From Phyllobates terribilis (lineage: Eukaryota), in the NCBI RefSeq assembly GCF_046119375.1, contig NW_027362762.1, positions 706,304,001 through 706,368,000 of the forward strand: DNA of 64,000 bases. Direction: 5' to 3'. How positions within the stretch are numbered: the first letter of the stretch is position 1; each line of letters begins with the position of its first letter. The notes beneath the pieces are model-generated. The model was not told where the DNA came from and made no database searches. It was given only the letters and a program-made list of their open reading frames with translations. Position numbers and translations under genes: made by a program. Of this stretch, positions 24,605 to 37,248 are shown piece by piece.

Positions 24605-24964
24605 ATATGTGTTTAATAGTACTTAAGGTACCTTAAAATTAAGTTTGTTTCCATAAATTTTCTTTGTAGAGTTTTTTGACAGAGTCGAACTGGGGACTAT
24701 TTGGCGGGAGTTTTGAAATGTTTGTATTTCAGAGTTATTAGTTTTATGTTAAGTAAATGGGGTTTTTTTGCACCTGATTATGTGTAGTCTCTTTTATTAC
24801 ATCCCTATGAAGGTCACTGATTACTTTTAGAGCACTGAAATTGCAAACATTAGATATTATAGGTATTTTTCTAGCCTGCGCCTGACAGTCACATTGTATG
24901 TGAACTCGTTAGAACCGATATTGTATGTGACGGAGGGTTAATATTTTCCTAATATTTTTATGAC

Positions 24965-27446
24965 ACACCCCCTTCTTTGAGGTACTGTAGGGACCGATTT
25001 ACAGATCGCCCCTTAAGTCTAACTCATGGCCCACCCTTCCTGCTGATCCGACAAGCCGTGAACCTAACTCGCCCACCACTCTGACCGACTGGGGATCCAG
25101 CTTTCCGATCACCCTGACTTATTCGGGGTACATCCTTCCCACCCCTCTGACAGGCTATGGGTACCTTCTTCTCATACTCTTGACAGACAGTGGGACACAC
25201 ATTCCTTTTACCTTGCTAGTTTGTGGGACTTACCTTCCCAGTCCTCATTGTTACCTGGGGAGCTGGACTAACTATGGGGCAGCTACAACCGGCCATGTCA
25301 CAGTCCGTTGTGACACTGGTTGGCGGCACGGGACCACTTCCATTTTGATCCCGGTGCTTCTCTCCAGCCTTTCCTGTTACCTCTGGAGCCATGCTAGTCA
25401 TAGGGCAGCTACCACCAACCATGTCCCCATCTGGCCTGACACTGGTCACCTGCACGGGACGATCTGCTTCCTGGTGCCTGTGCATGCTCCCCTTGCCCAT
25501 AGCACTTATGCTGGCTCATTTTAGGGGATCCTCAGCAGCATCACCCTGTGGGGTGAGGTGGCCGAGTTCCCCTTTACCACTACACACATTTTTATTATGC
25601 ATGACATTGACATTATTGACAGTTACATCACATGACATATCAGATCCGGGAGGGTGGTCAGGAATGTATCGGGCAATCAACCTTCCCAGATCAGTTCCCA
25701 ATAGTACATTAGTGGGGAGTTTCTCCGACACCCCCCTTCCCTTAACCCCCTCCCCGCACCCTAGTCCTGGAAAACTCGGGCCATCGGTATGGGACGGCGA
25801 ACACCCCCAAACCCTGTGACAATCAGGGTCTTCCCAGGAATGAGTTCTTCTGGTAACATGAACTCAGGGAGGATGAGGGTATGGTCTGCGCCCGTGTCCT
25901 TAAGGCCAACAGTAACGGTGTTGCCCACAGTAACCGGTTGTAAGTTCTCACGGGCCCTGCCAACCACCCCTCCCACAAGAGAATGGCTGCAGTAGGCCCT
26001 GGGGCCTCAGGTGTGGGGTTCATCTTCTTCCTCTCTGGGCAGAAAAAGCTGATGTGACCCGTTTGGTCACACATATAACACTTATGGGAGTCAAATGCAG
26101 GCTGGGTGCTGGAAGATGGGACAGAACTCGCTGAGGGCCGGCTGGCTGGAACACTAGGGGTGGCTGTTGGCGTACCCACTCTCCAGCTGGCGGCAGCTGA
26201 TCATAGGCAACTGCGATCTGGGCTGCTTTAGTGGCTTCCTTTTTCTCCCAGTCCAGCACAAACTGTGGCACTTCCACCGGGCAAAGATGAAGAAACTGGT
26301 CCTTCACCATCAGATCCTTCAGGTCCTCAAAGGTGGTGACTGACAGTCTCTGGACCCACTGCTCAAACTTGGTCCTGAGCCCATCTACCACATCGCCACA
26401 GTTGTCATGTGGTCCACACTGGAGGGCTCGGAACTTTTTCTGGTAAACCTTCAGAGTTGGCTGGTACTTTTTTATCAAGGCCTGCTTGATGGCCTTATAG
26501 TCTCCATCTTGGTCTCGAGGGAGAGAAGCAAACACTTACAGAGCTTTTCCTCTGAGCTTTGGAGTTAAATACCTGACCCAATGGTCCACAAGCAGCTGGT
26601 ACTGTCTTCAGGCTTTTTCAAATCCTCGCGGAAATATATCCAAGTCCCCATCCTTTTTCATCACAGGAAAATGCTAAGGGCAGGGTTTAAAGCTGTTGGT
26701 GTTGCCGGGCTCACTGCCCGATGAAGTTGAACTTGGCAGCTGAATTTGGGCTAACTCCTCTTGCTACTTTTGCTCAGCAGCTTCTCAGTCAGCTTGGACC
26801 TGTCGCTCAGCAGCCTTTCGGCCAGCTTGGGCTCATTGCTCAGTTTGCTCCTGGAATTTCAGGATCAGCTGCAGTCATCCATCAAGCTCATATGCAGCGA
26901 GCTGCTCCAAGGCCATCTGCAGGTGGTGGTCCACACTATCCTGGCTGTGGGTATGGCTGGCACTCACAGGTGGGACCCCTCCCGCAGCGCGATCCGGGCC
27001 TTGGCTGGCTGCCCCATCATTATTGCTCTGCTGTTGGACAGGCTCTGCAGCACCTTGCAACAGTTCAGCAATCATTTGGGCCTTGGTTTGGCCCATGGAG
27101 TCAATCTGCTCCAGTTCACAGAGGTCATGGATAGTGGCCTTTGCCTGCTGGTGATACCAGGGCTCTCCACATGTAGCCATTATTGCCAAATAAAAGATAG
27201 GACCGAAAAACAAGAGAAGAGAGGGGATGCAACTGCTACACGTACAGTAATGTCCAGATAAAAAAAAATATTAACACACTGAGTCTGGCTCCTTAAAACA
27301 GAATTCTCTCAAGAACCGTGCAAGTTTTCAGTGACAGGAATGATTGCTCAATTCAGCCACTGATGTTCTGTAATATCCCACCGCTGCCACCAATTTGTCA
27401 GGGATTCACAGGGGACGACAAGGGGAAACCACAAAATCTCCTATAG
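24965..27446 (-). mobile_element. Gypsy (Gmr1-like) retrotransposon remnant: LTR tip, PBS, SCAN-like gag, zinc knuckle, protease
   Basis: LTR end ...ctgaca at 27396; PBS; helical gag DLMVKDQFLHLCPVEV; CYMCDQTGHISFFC knuckle; DTGA protease motif; truncated before IN/RT. Confidence 0.82.
27375..27392 (-). other. Primer-binding site complementary to the tRNA-Leu(AAG/TAG) 3' end
   Basis: The + strand reads atcccaccgctgccacca, the 3' 18 nt of vertebrate tRNA-Leu(AAG) as recalled, 3 nt from the LTR end. Confidence 0.88.
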
Positions 27447-29626
27447 ATAGATAATAGTTAGATATATGGACATAAAGATATATTGATAGATAATAGATAT
27501 ATGGATAGATAGATAGATATACAGTACAGACCAAAAGTTTGGACACACCTTCTCATTTAAAGATTTTTCTGTATTTTCATGACTATCAAAATTGTACATT
27601 CACACTGAAGGCATCAAAACTATGAATTAACACATGTGGAATTATATACTTAACAAAAAAGTGTGAAACAACTGAAAATATGTCTTATATATTGTCTTAT
27701 ATTCTAGGTTCTTCAAAGTAGCCACCTTTTGCTTTGATGACTGCTTTGCACACTATTGGCATTCTCTTGATGAGCTTCAAGAGGTAGTCACCGGAAATGG
27801 TTTTCACTTCACAGGTGTGCCCTGTCAGGTTTAATAAGTGGGATTTCTTGCCTTATTAATGGGGTTGGGACCATCAGTTGTGTTGTGCAGAAGTCTGGTG
27901 GATACACAGCTGATAGTCCTACTGAATAGACTATTAGAATTTGTATTATGGCATGAAAAAAGCAGCTAAGTAAAGAAAAACGAGGGGCCATCATTACTTT
28001 AAGAAATGAAGGTCAGTCAGTGCGAAAAAATTGGGAAAACTTTGAAAGTGTCCCCAAGTGCAGTTGCAAAAACCATCAAGCGCTACAAAGAAACTGGCTC
28101 ACATGAGGACCACCCCAGGAAAGGAAGACCAAGAGTCACCTCTGCTTCTGAGGATAAGTTTATCCGAGTCACCAGCCTCAGAAATCGCAGGTTAACAGCA
28201 GCTCAGATTAGAGACCAGGTCAATGCCACATAGAGTTCTATCAGCAGACACAACTCTTCAACAACTGTTAAGAGGAGACTTTGTGTAGCAGACCTTCATG
28301 GTAAAATAGCTGCTAGGAAACCACTGCTAAGGACAGGCAACAAGCAGAAGAGACTTGTTTGGGCTAAAGAACACAAGGAATGGACATTAGACCAGTGGAA
28401 ATCTGTGCTTTGGTCTGATGAGTCCAAATTTGAGATCTTTGGTTCCAACCACCGTGTCTTTGTGCGTAGCAGAAAAGGTGAACGGATGGACTCTACATGC
28501 CTGGTTCCCACCGTGAAGCATGGAGGAGGAGGAGTGATGGTGTGGGGGTGCTTTGCTGGTGACACTGTTGGGGATTTATTCAAAATTGAAGGCATATTGA
28601 ACCAGCATGGCTGCCATAGCATCTTGCAGCGGCATGCTATTCCATCCGGTTTGCGTTTAGTTGGACCATCATTCATTTTTCAACAGGACAATGACCCCAA
28701 ACACACCTCCAGGCTGTGTAAGGGCTATTTGAAGGAGAGTGATGGGGTGCTACACCAGATGACCTGGCCTCCACAGTCAGCAGACATGAACCCAATCGAG
28801 ATGGTTTGGGGTGAGCTGGACCGCAGAGTGAAGGCAAAAGGGCCAACAAGTGCTAAGCATCTCTGGGAACTCCTTCAAGATTGTTGGAAGACCATTTTCG
28901 GTGACTACCTCTTGAAGCTCATCAAGAGAATGGCAAGAGTGTGCAAAGCAGTCATCAAAGCAAAAGGTGGCTACTTTGCAGAACCTAGAATATAAGACAT
29001 ATTTTCAGTTGTTTCACACTTTTTTGTTAAGTATATAATTCCACATGTGTTAATTCATAGTTTTGATGCCTTCAGTGTGAATGTCCAATTTTCATAGTCA
29101 TGAAAATACAGAAAAAATTTTAAATGAGAAGGTGTGTCCAAACTTTTTGTCTGTACTGTATGAATAGATATATAGATAGATAGACAATATATATATGGAT
29201 AGATAAATAGATTTATAGATAGATAATAGTTAGATATATGGATATATAGATATATCGATAGATAATAGATATATGAATAGATAGATAGATAGATAGGTTA
29301 ATAGATATATGGATAAATATATAAATAACAGACATATGGATAGATAGATAGAGAGATAGATAATAGATATATGGATAGATAGATATATGGATAGATATAT
29401 GGATAGCTAGATATACATTTGCCGGCAATACATTGACGCTCAGCGTATTGCCGGCTGCTTGAGGTCAGCAGCTGCGCAGTGAGTATTTTTCCACGCTTGC
29501 CAATGAGTTGAACTCAGTTCAAATACTCACTGCGCAGCCGCTGACCTCAAGCAGCTGGAACACACGCAAAGCACTGATTATATATATCACATATTTATAT
29601 CTGTCTGTATGTCTATCTATTATCTA
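27447..29626. repeat. Degenerate (GATA)n/(TATC)n array split by the Tc1 at 27522-29158, with a fold-back core at ~29420-29560
   Basis: gata-rich runs at 27447-27521 and 29159-29415; tatc-rich run at 29580-29626. Confidence 0.85.
27522..29158 (+). mobile_element. Full-length Tc1 element (DD34E), transposase disrupted
   Basis: Long TIRs cagtacagaccaaaagtttggac; TA both sides; ORFs 28006-28233 and 28405-28995 ([20 protein letters not shown]). Confidence 0.96.
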
Positions 29627-31178
29627 CAGTGGGTACGGAAAGTATTCAGACCCCTTTATATTTTTCTCTCTTTGTTTCATTGCAGCCATTTGGTAAATTC
29701 TAAAAAGTTAATTTTCTTCTCCTTAACCCCTTAACAACATCTGACGTACTAATACGCGTCTGTGCCCTGGGACTTAAGAGCCAGACCCGTATTAGTACGT
29801 CATCGCGCGCGCACACAGGCTGTGCGGGAGCGATCGCCGCCGGGTGTCAGCTGATTGTCACAGCTGACACCCGGTACTATGTGCAAGGAGCGGTCCTGCA
29901 CCACTCCCAGCACATTAACCCCTGCGATGCTGCAATCGAAGTCGATCGCGGTATTGCGGGGGCAAGGGGAGGTGATCGCCGATACTCACCTCCTCTTCCG
30001 GCTTCCAGCGCAGTCTGCAAAGGCTTCCCGGGTGTTGCCATGACGACCCGATGTCGTCATGACAACATCCGGGTCACCAGACAGCAGGAAGATTGTTTGG
30101 ACATGCGCAGTGCATCTCCAAACAATCTTCACACTGTGCACTGCTGACAGCCTGCATGGCATAGGGATGGTGCTCCATTCCTATGGCATGCAGGCGATCA
30201 GAGAAAAAAAAGTGAAAGTCCCAGAGTGGGACAAAGTATTAAAGTGTATAAACTGTCTGAAAGTGGAAAAAAAAAAAAAAAAAATTGCAAAAATATAAAA
30301 AAAAAATAAAAAAAATAATCCACCAAAAATAAAAATATAATGTACCCATCAATAAATATTATTATAAAAAAAACAATAAAAGTACACATATTTGGTATCG
30401 ACGCGTCCGGAAAAACCTGACCTATAAAACTGTCCCACTAGTTAACCCCTTCAGTGAACACGGTAAAAAAAAAAAAAAAAAAAAAAAAACGAAGCAAAAA
30501 ACAATGCTTTATCACCATACCGCCAAACAAAAAGTGGAATAACACGCGATCAAAAAGACGCATATAAATAAAAATGGTACCGCTGAAAACGTCATCTCGT
30601 CCTGCAATAAACAAGCCACCATACAGCTCCATCAGCCGAAAAATAAAAAAGTTATAGCTCTCAGAATAAAGCGATGCTAAAATATTTTTTTCTATAAAAT
30701 AGCTTTTATTGTGTATAAGCGCCAAAACATAGAAAAATGATACAAATGTGGTACCGCTGTAAACGTACTGACCCGAAGAATGAAGCTACCTCATCAATTT
30801 TACCACACGCGGAACAGAATAAAAAAAAAAAAACAATTCCTGAATTGTTGGTTTTTGTTTATTCTGCCTCCCAAAAATCGGAATAGAAAGCGATCAAAAA
30901 ATGTCACGTGCCTGAAAATGGCACCAATAACAACGTCAAGTCATCCCGCAAAAAACGAGCCATCACATGACTGTCTGCCAAAATCTGGAAAAATTATAGC
31001 TCTCAAAATATGGCGATGCAAAAACTAGATTTTACAAAAAATGCGTCTTTTAGTGTGTGACAGCTGTCAGTCATAAAAACCCCATATGATTCTGGCATTG
31101 CTGTAATCACACCGACCTGAAGAATAAAGTTGTCTAATCACTTATACCGCACAAGGAACGGCGTAAAAAATAAACTCT

Positions 31179-31319
31179 TGGGTTAGGATTGGGCTAGGGT
31201 TAGGGCTGCGTTTGGGGCTAGGGTTGTGCTGGGGCTAGGGTTGTGCTGGGGCTAGGGTTGTACTAGGGCTAGGGTTGTGCTAGGGTTAGGGTTGTGCTAG
31301 GGTTAGGGCTGGGGTTGGG
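31179..31319 (+). repeat. Degenerate telomere-like (TTAGGG/CTAGGG/TTGTGC) array
   Basis: ctagggttagggct...ctagggttgtgctagggttagggttgtgctagggttagggct. Confidence 0.85.
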
Positions 31320-31361
31320 ATTTTTTACAAAAGTAAGAAAAAAAGATGACGATATGGCGAC

Positions 31362-31661
31362 TAGTGTTGAGCGCAAGTGCTCGCTACTTGAGTTTGCATC
31401 GGGTGCTCTGGTATGCATTGAGTATCGTGGGTATTTGAGTGACATGCTCGAGTCTCTGTCCCATATGCTTCGCGGACAAAAAAACTTTACGGGGATTACC
31501 TGCCATGCACGAGCGATCCCCGCATGTTTTTTTTGGGTGTCTAATAACCGTGAAACATGCGGAGCAAGGACTCGAGCATGTCACTCGAGCACACGCTGTA
31601 CATGGTGCATACCTGAGTACCCGATGCAAACTCAAGTAGCGAGCACTTGCGCTCAAGAATA
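31362..31661. mobile_element. hAT-family MITE (~300 bp)
   Basis: Perfect inverted arms ttgagcgcaagtgctcgctacttgagtttgcatcggg; TAGTGTTGAGC terminus shared with the hAT at 2250; degenerate 8-bp TSD atggcgac/atgacaac. Confidence 0.85.
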
Positions 31662-31719
31662 ATGACAACTTATTCAATATGATGACCTAATGTAAACAAA
31701 TTCTGTGCCGTACCTCTGG

Positions 31720-33360
31720 GTTCAAAATGTTCACTATACACCTTAATAAAATCCTTGAGGGGTATAGTTTCCAAAATGGGGACACTTGTGGGGGAGCTCC
31801 ACTGTTTAGGCACATCACGGGCTCTCCAAACGCGACATGGTGTCCGCTAACGAATTGAATGGAAAATCGGCTCAAATTGTTAGCGGACGCCATGTTGCGT
31901 TTGGAGAGCCCCTGTGTGCCCAAACTTTGGAGCTCCCCCACAAGTGACCCCATTTTGGAAACTAGACCCCCCAAGGCACCTATCTAGATGCATAGTGAGC
32001 ACTTGGAACCCCCAGGTGCTTCACAAATTGATTCGTAAAAATGAAAAAGTGAAAAAAAAAACACTTTTTCATTTTTATGAATCAATTTGTGAAGCACCTG
32101 GGGCTCCAAGTGCTCACTATGAATCTAGATAGGTGCCTTGGGGGGTCTAGTTTCCAAAATGGGGTCACTTGTGGGGGAGCTCCAATGTTTGGGCACACAG
32201 GGACTCTCCAAATGCAACATGATATCCGCTAACAAATTGTCGGCTCAAATTGTTAGCGGACACCATGTTGCGTTTGGAGAGCCCCTGTGTGCCCAAACTT
32301 TGGAGCTCCCCCACAAGTGACCCCATTTTGGAAACTAGACCCCCCAAGGCACCTATCTAGATTCATAGTGAGCACTTGGAACCCCAGGTGCTTCACAAAT
32401 TGATTCATAAAAATGAAAAAGTGTTTTTTTTTCACTTTTTCATTTTTACGAATCAATTTGTGAATCACCTGGGGGTTCCAAGTGCTCACTATGCATTGAG
32501 ATAGGTGCCTTGGGGGGTCTAGTTTCCAAAATGGGGTCACTTGTGGGGGAGCTCTAAAGTTTGGGCACACAAGGGCTCTCCAAACGCAACATGGTGTCCG
32601 CTAACAATTTGAGCCGACATTTTGTTAGCGGATATCATGTTCCATTTGGAGAGTCCCTGTGTGCCCAAACATTGGAGCTCCCCCACAAGTGACCCCATTT
32701 TGGAAACTAGAACCCCCAAGGCACCTATCTAGATTCATAGTGAGCACTTGGAACCCCAGGTGCTTCACAAATTGATTCATAAAAATGAAAAATTGTTTTT
32801 TTTTTTTACTTTTTCATTTTTACGAATCAATTTGTGAAGCACCTGGGGGTTCCAAGTGCTCACTATGCATCTAGAAAGGTGTCTTGGCAGGTCTAGTTTC
32901 CAAAATGGGGTCACTTGTGGGGGAGCTCCAAAGTTTGGGCACAGAGGGGCTCTCCAAACGCAACGTGGTGTCCGCTAACAATTTGAGCCGATTTTCCATT
33001 CAATTTGTTAGCGGACGCCATGTTGCATTTGGAGAGTCCCTGTGTGCCCAAACATTGGAGCTCCCCCACAAGTGACCCCATTTTGGAAACTAGACCCCCC
33101 AAGGCACCTATCTAGATGCATAGTGAGCACTTGGAACCCCCAGGTGCTTCACAAATTGATTCGTAAAAATGAAAAAGTGTTTTTTTTTTCACTTTTTCAT
33201 TTTTACGAATCAATTTGTGAAGCACCTGGGGGTTCCAAGTGCTCACTATGCATCTAGAAAGGTGCCTTGGGGGGTCTAGTTTCCAAAATGGGGTCACTTG
33301 TGGGGGAGCTCCAAAGTTTGGGCACACAGGGGCTCTCCAAACACAACATGGCATCCGCTA
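31720..33360. repeat. Array of alternating inverted ~170-180 bp arms (5 forward, 4 reverse)
   Basis: Arm gggtctagtttccaaaatggggtcacttgtgggggagctcc...tccgctaac alternates with its reverse complement, separated by short spacers or poly(A/T). Confidence 0.92.
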
Positions 33361-36216
33361 ATTATTCAAGCAAATTTTACAATCAAAAAGTCAAATGGCG
33401 CTCCTTTCCTTCCGAGCCCTGCCGTGCGCCCAAACAGTGTTTTTTCCCCAAATATTGGGTATCTGCGTGCCCAGGGGAAATTGCACAACAAATTTTGGGG
33501 TCCATTTTTTCTTGTTACCCCTGTGAAAATAAAAAAAATTGGGTCTAAAGTAACATTTTTGTGAAAAAAGTTAAATGTTCATTTTTTTCTTCCACATTCA
33601 AAAAATTCCTGTGAAGCACCTGAAGGGTTAATAAAGTTCTTGAATGTGGTTTTGAGCACCTTGCGGAGTGCAGTTTTTAGAATGGTGTCACTTTTGGGTA
33701 TTTTCTGTCATAAAGACCCCCTCAAAGTGACTTCAAATGTGATGTGGTCCCTAAAAAAATGGTTTTGTAAATTTTGTTGGAAAAATGAGAAATCGCTGGT
33801 CAACTTTTAACCCTTATAGCTCCCTAACAAAAAAAAATTTTGGTTCCAAAATTGTGCTGATGTAAAGTAGACATGTGGGAAATGTTATTTATTAACTCTT
33901 TTGTGTGACATATCTCTCTGATTTCAGGGCTTAAAAATTCAAATTTTGAAAATTGCAAAATTTTCAAAATTTTCGCCAAATTTCCATTTTTTTCACAAAT
34001 AAACGCAAGTGATATCGAAGAAATTTTTCCACAATCATGAAGTACAATATGTCACGAAAAAACAATCTCAGAATCAGGGGGATCCGTTGAAGCGTTCCAG
34101 AGTAATTACCTCATAAAATGACAGTGGTCAGAATTGTAAAAATTGGCCTGGTCATTAACGTGCAAACCACCCTCGGGGCTTAAGGGGTTAAAGTACGCTC
34201 TGCACCCCATCTTGACTGAAAAAAATTCAGAAATGTAGAAATTTTTGCAAATTTATTAAAACAGAAAAACTAAAATATCACATGGTCATAAGTATTCAAA
34301 CCCTTTACTCAGTATTGAGTAGAAGCACCCTTTTGAGCTAGTACAGTCGTGAGTCTTCTTGGGAATGATTCAACAAGATTTTCACACCTGGATTTGGGGA
34401 TGCTCTGCCATTCTTCCTTGCAGATTCTCTCCAGTTCCGTCAGGTTGGATGGTTAACGTTGGTGGACAGCCATTTTCAGGTCTCTCCAGAGATGCTCAAT
34501 TGGGTTTAGGTTAGGACTCTGGCCAGTCATGAATGGTCCAAGAGTTGTTCTGAAGCCACTCCTTTGTTATTTTAGCTGTGTGCTTAGGGTCATTGTCTTG
34601 TTGGAAGGTGAACATTCGGTCAAGTCTGAGGTCCAGAGCCCTCTGGAATAGGTTTTCATCCAGGATATCTCTGTACTTGGCCGAATTCATGTTTCCTTCA
34701 ATTGCAACCAGTCGTCCTGTCACTGCAGCTGAAAAACACCCCCATAGCATGATGCTGCCACCACCATGTTTCACTGTTGGGATTGTATTGGGCAGGTGAT
34801 GAGCAGTGCCTGGTTTTCTCCAGACATACCACTTAGAATTATCACCAAAAAGTTCTATCTTCGTCTCATCAGACCAGGGAATCTTATTTATTATAGTCTG
34901 GGAGTCCTTCATGTGTTTTTGAGCAAACTCTATGCAGGCTTTCGTATGTCTTGCACTGAGGAGAGGCTTCCATCGGGCCACTCTGCCATAAAGGCCCGAC
35001 TGGTGGAGGGCTGCAGTGATAGTTCACTTTGTGGATTTTCTCCCATCTCCCTACTGCATCTCTGGAGCTCAGCCACAGGGATCTTCGGGTTCTTCTTTAC
35101 CTCTCTCACCAAGGCTCTTCTCCCACAATTTCTCAGTTTGGCTGGACAACCAGGTCTAAGAAGACTTCTGGTGGTCCTAAACTTCTTCCATTTAATGATT
35201 ATGTAGGCCACTGTGCTCTTAGGGACCTTGAGTAATGCAGAAATTCTTTTGTAACCTTGGCCAGATCTGTGCCTTGCCACAATTCTGTCTCTGAGCTCCT
35301 TGGAAAATTCTTTGAGCTCATGATTCTCATTTGGTCTGACATGCACTGTGAGCCGAAGTCGTAGTGATGCAGTCGCAGTGACCACATTAAATTTACAGCA
35401 CCATCTTACCTCAGGGTAGATGGTGATTTCATCCCATATCAGATTGCCGGAAACAGTGTTGTGCTGCCTAGGATCGGGGCTCCAAAGAGCACCGATCCTT
35501 GGCTGTTTCTAGGAGACCCGAGCCCTGGCCCTAACTCGCTATGATTGGTGCAATCGCGAACACACATCGATCGCACCGCTCATAGCGCGAATGCGCTGTG
35601 ATAGGGCAGTCACGGGGCGGTGACTGGTTTGTGACCTGCCTGTCACCGCCCCATGACCCCCTGCAGTATAATTCCAGGCCCCAGCCACCTCTGATTGGAG
35701 TAATCGATGATGACATCGATCACTCCAATCAGAGTACCTGAACAGAGGTGACAGGGCAGTCACAGGGCAGTGACCAGCTTGTGATCTGCCTGTCACCTCC
35801 CTGTGACCCCCTGTGGTGCATGCCCAGGCCACAGCCATCTCTGATTGGTGCGATCGATGTCATCGTCGATCACACCAATCAGAGTACTTGACCGGGAGGT
35901 TACCGGGTGGTGACCGGCCTGTGGCCTGGCTGTCACCACCCTATCACCCGCCTGTGACCGCCCTGCAGATCCTCACACTTGGTGAGGATTTCTACAGAGT
36001 GGTCACGTCTGATCTGCGCTGTGCTGGGCCTTGTAGTGCCACTGAATTTTCTGTGACACTACAAGACCTTTGTCCTACCTGCTTCGGTGTTTGGTCTTCT
36101 GGATCTGCTCCTCCAGTATCCTGCTGCTTCTCCGGTGTCCTGCTCCTGTCCTGCTGCGGTGTCCTGGATCCCCTGCTCCAGTCTTCTCGGGTCTTCGGTC
36201 TCCTGCTGCTGGGCTC

Positions 36217-36300
36217 CTGCTGCTGATCCTGCTGCTGATCCTGCTGCTGATCCTGCTGCTGATCCTGCTGCTGACCCTGCTCCTGAGCCTGCTCCTGATC
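36217..36300. repeat. 12-bp tandem repeat (ctgctgatcctg)n
   Basis: Directly visible; explains the low-complexity ORFs in several frames. Confidence 0.9.
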
Positions 36301-37248
36301 CTGTTTAAAAAAGAACAAAGAAGACTTTGGTAAGTCCATCTCTGTTCTCCCCTCCCCCTCCTCATTTTACCCCCCTCGCCCCTCTCTTTTTACCGCCCTC
36401 ACCATCCCCTTTTTCTGTCACCGAGCGCGTGCAGCAGCCGAGCGCTGACCAGTGACTACGTCACTGATCAACGTCCGTGCTCACTGTTTTCCAGGACTTT
36501 TTTTTGTCACTGTCCATTTTTCTCCCCCCCTCTACCACTTTGCACTATCTCCGTGCATGCATCCAGCAGATGCTGAACGTTTATCGGTGACGCAAATCAC
36601 CGATCAGTACTCGCGCTTGCTACTTTACACTTTTTTTTTCCACTAACCTCTTTTTTTTGCAGAGGGCGGTCATGCTGTCTGCCGTGCTATGCGCCGTGCT
36701 GGGCCTTGCAGTGCCACAGAAGCCTGTGACACCACAATCGCCGCTCCTGCTACAGAATACATCTGACAGAAGACATCTTACAGAAGACATCTAAAAGACG
36801 ACAACTGTAAGTAGGATTTTTTGATCCGTCCTCATCCACCCCAATCCCCCTCTCTCCCCTCTCCTCCTCCCCCCTTCCCATCTGCCTTTCTGCCACCAAG
36901 TGCTGATCATTACTTGATCAGTACTTTATCGCTCGACTTTTGTCTGTTTTTTCTTTTCGCGATTTCCGCAGCAGCTGAGCACTGATTAGTGACCACAGAT
37001 CACTGATCCACACTCGTTCTCGTAGTTTTACACTCCACCTCATTTGCACAACATCTGTGCGCACACCCAGCAGCTGCCGAGAGTTGATTGGTGACATAGT
37101 TCACTGATCCGCACTCGTGCTCGCAGTTTTCACCACCTATGGTTGTTCCTTTATTTTTCCAGAAAAAAAAAAGTTCACACCAAGCACACTGACACACACA
37201 CACTCTAAATAAAGTACTGACACCCACGCACCACATACACAACAAAAA

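Larger units (their letters stand above)
12639..24937 (+). mobile_element. piggyBac element (composite, 12.3 kb), inserted in a Tc1 TIR remnant starting at ~12606
   Basis: TTAA at 12635-12638 and 24938-24941; perfect 20-bp TIR ccctccgtcacatacaatat. Transposase N-terminus (MYNLSKNLDVEEVTNMLL, ~12982-13088) and C-terminus (23958-24604) are retained. Confidence 0.93.
29727..34187. mobile_element. Non-autonomous piggyBac (4.46 kb)
   Basis: TTAA|CCCCTT ... AAGGGG|TTAA (29723-29726, 34188-34191); right end nearly identical to that of the piggyBac ending at 40489; no transposase. Confidence 0.88.

Noticed and set aside
27375-27392. tRNA gene (also considered for 59121-59138)
   Set aside because: Only the 3' 17-18 nt including CCA, adjacent to LTR ends; these are primer-binding sites.
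31720-33360. CRISPR-like repeat/spacer appearance
   Set aside because: Arms are ~175 bp and alternate in orientation, spacers are reused, there are no cas genes, and the context is a eukaryotic transposon.
35992-36365. Gln/Asp-, Leu- and Ala/Asp/Pro-rich ORFs
   Set aside because: All arise from the 12-bp tandem repeat, which has no stops in several frames.
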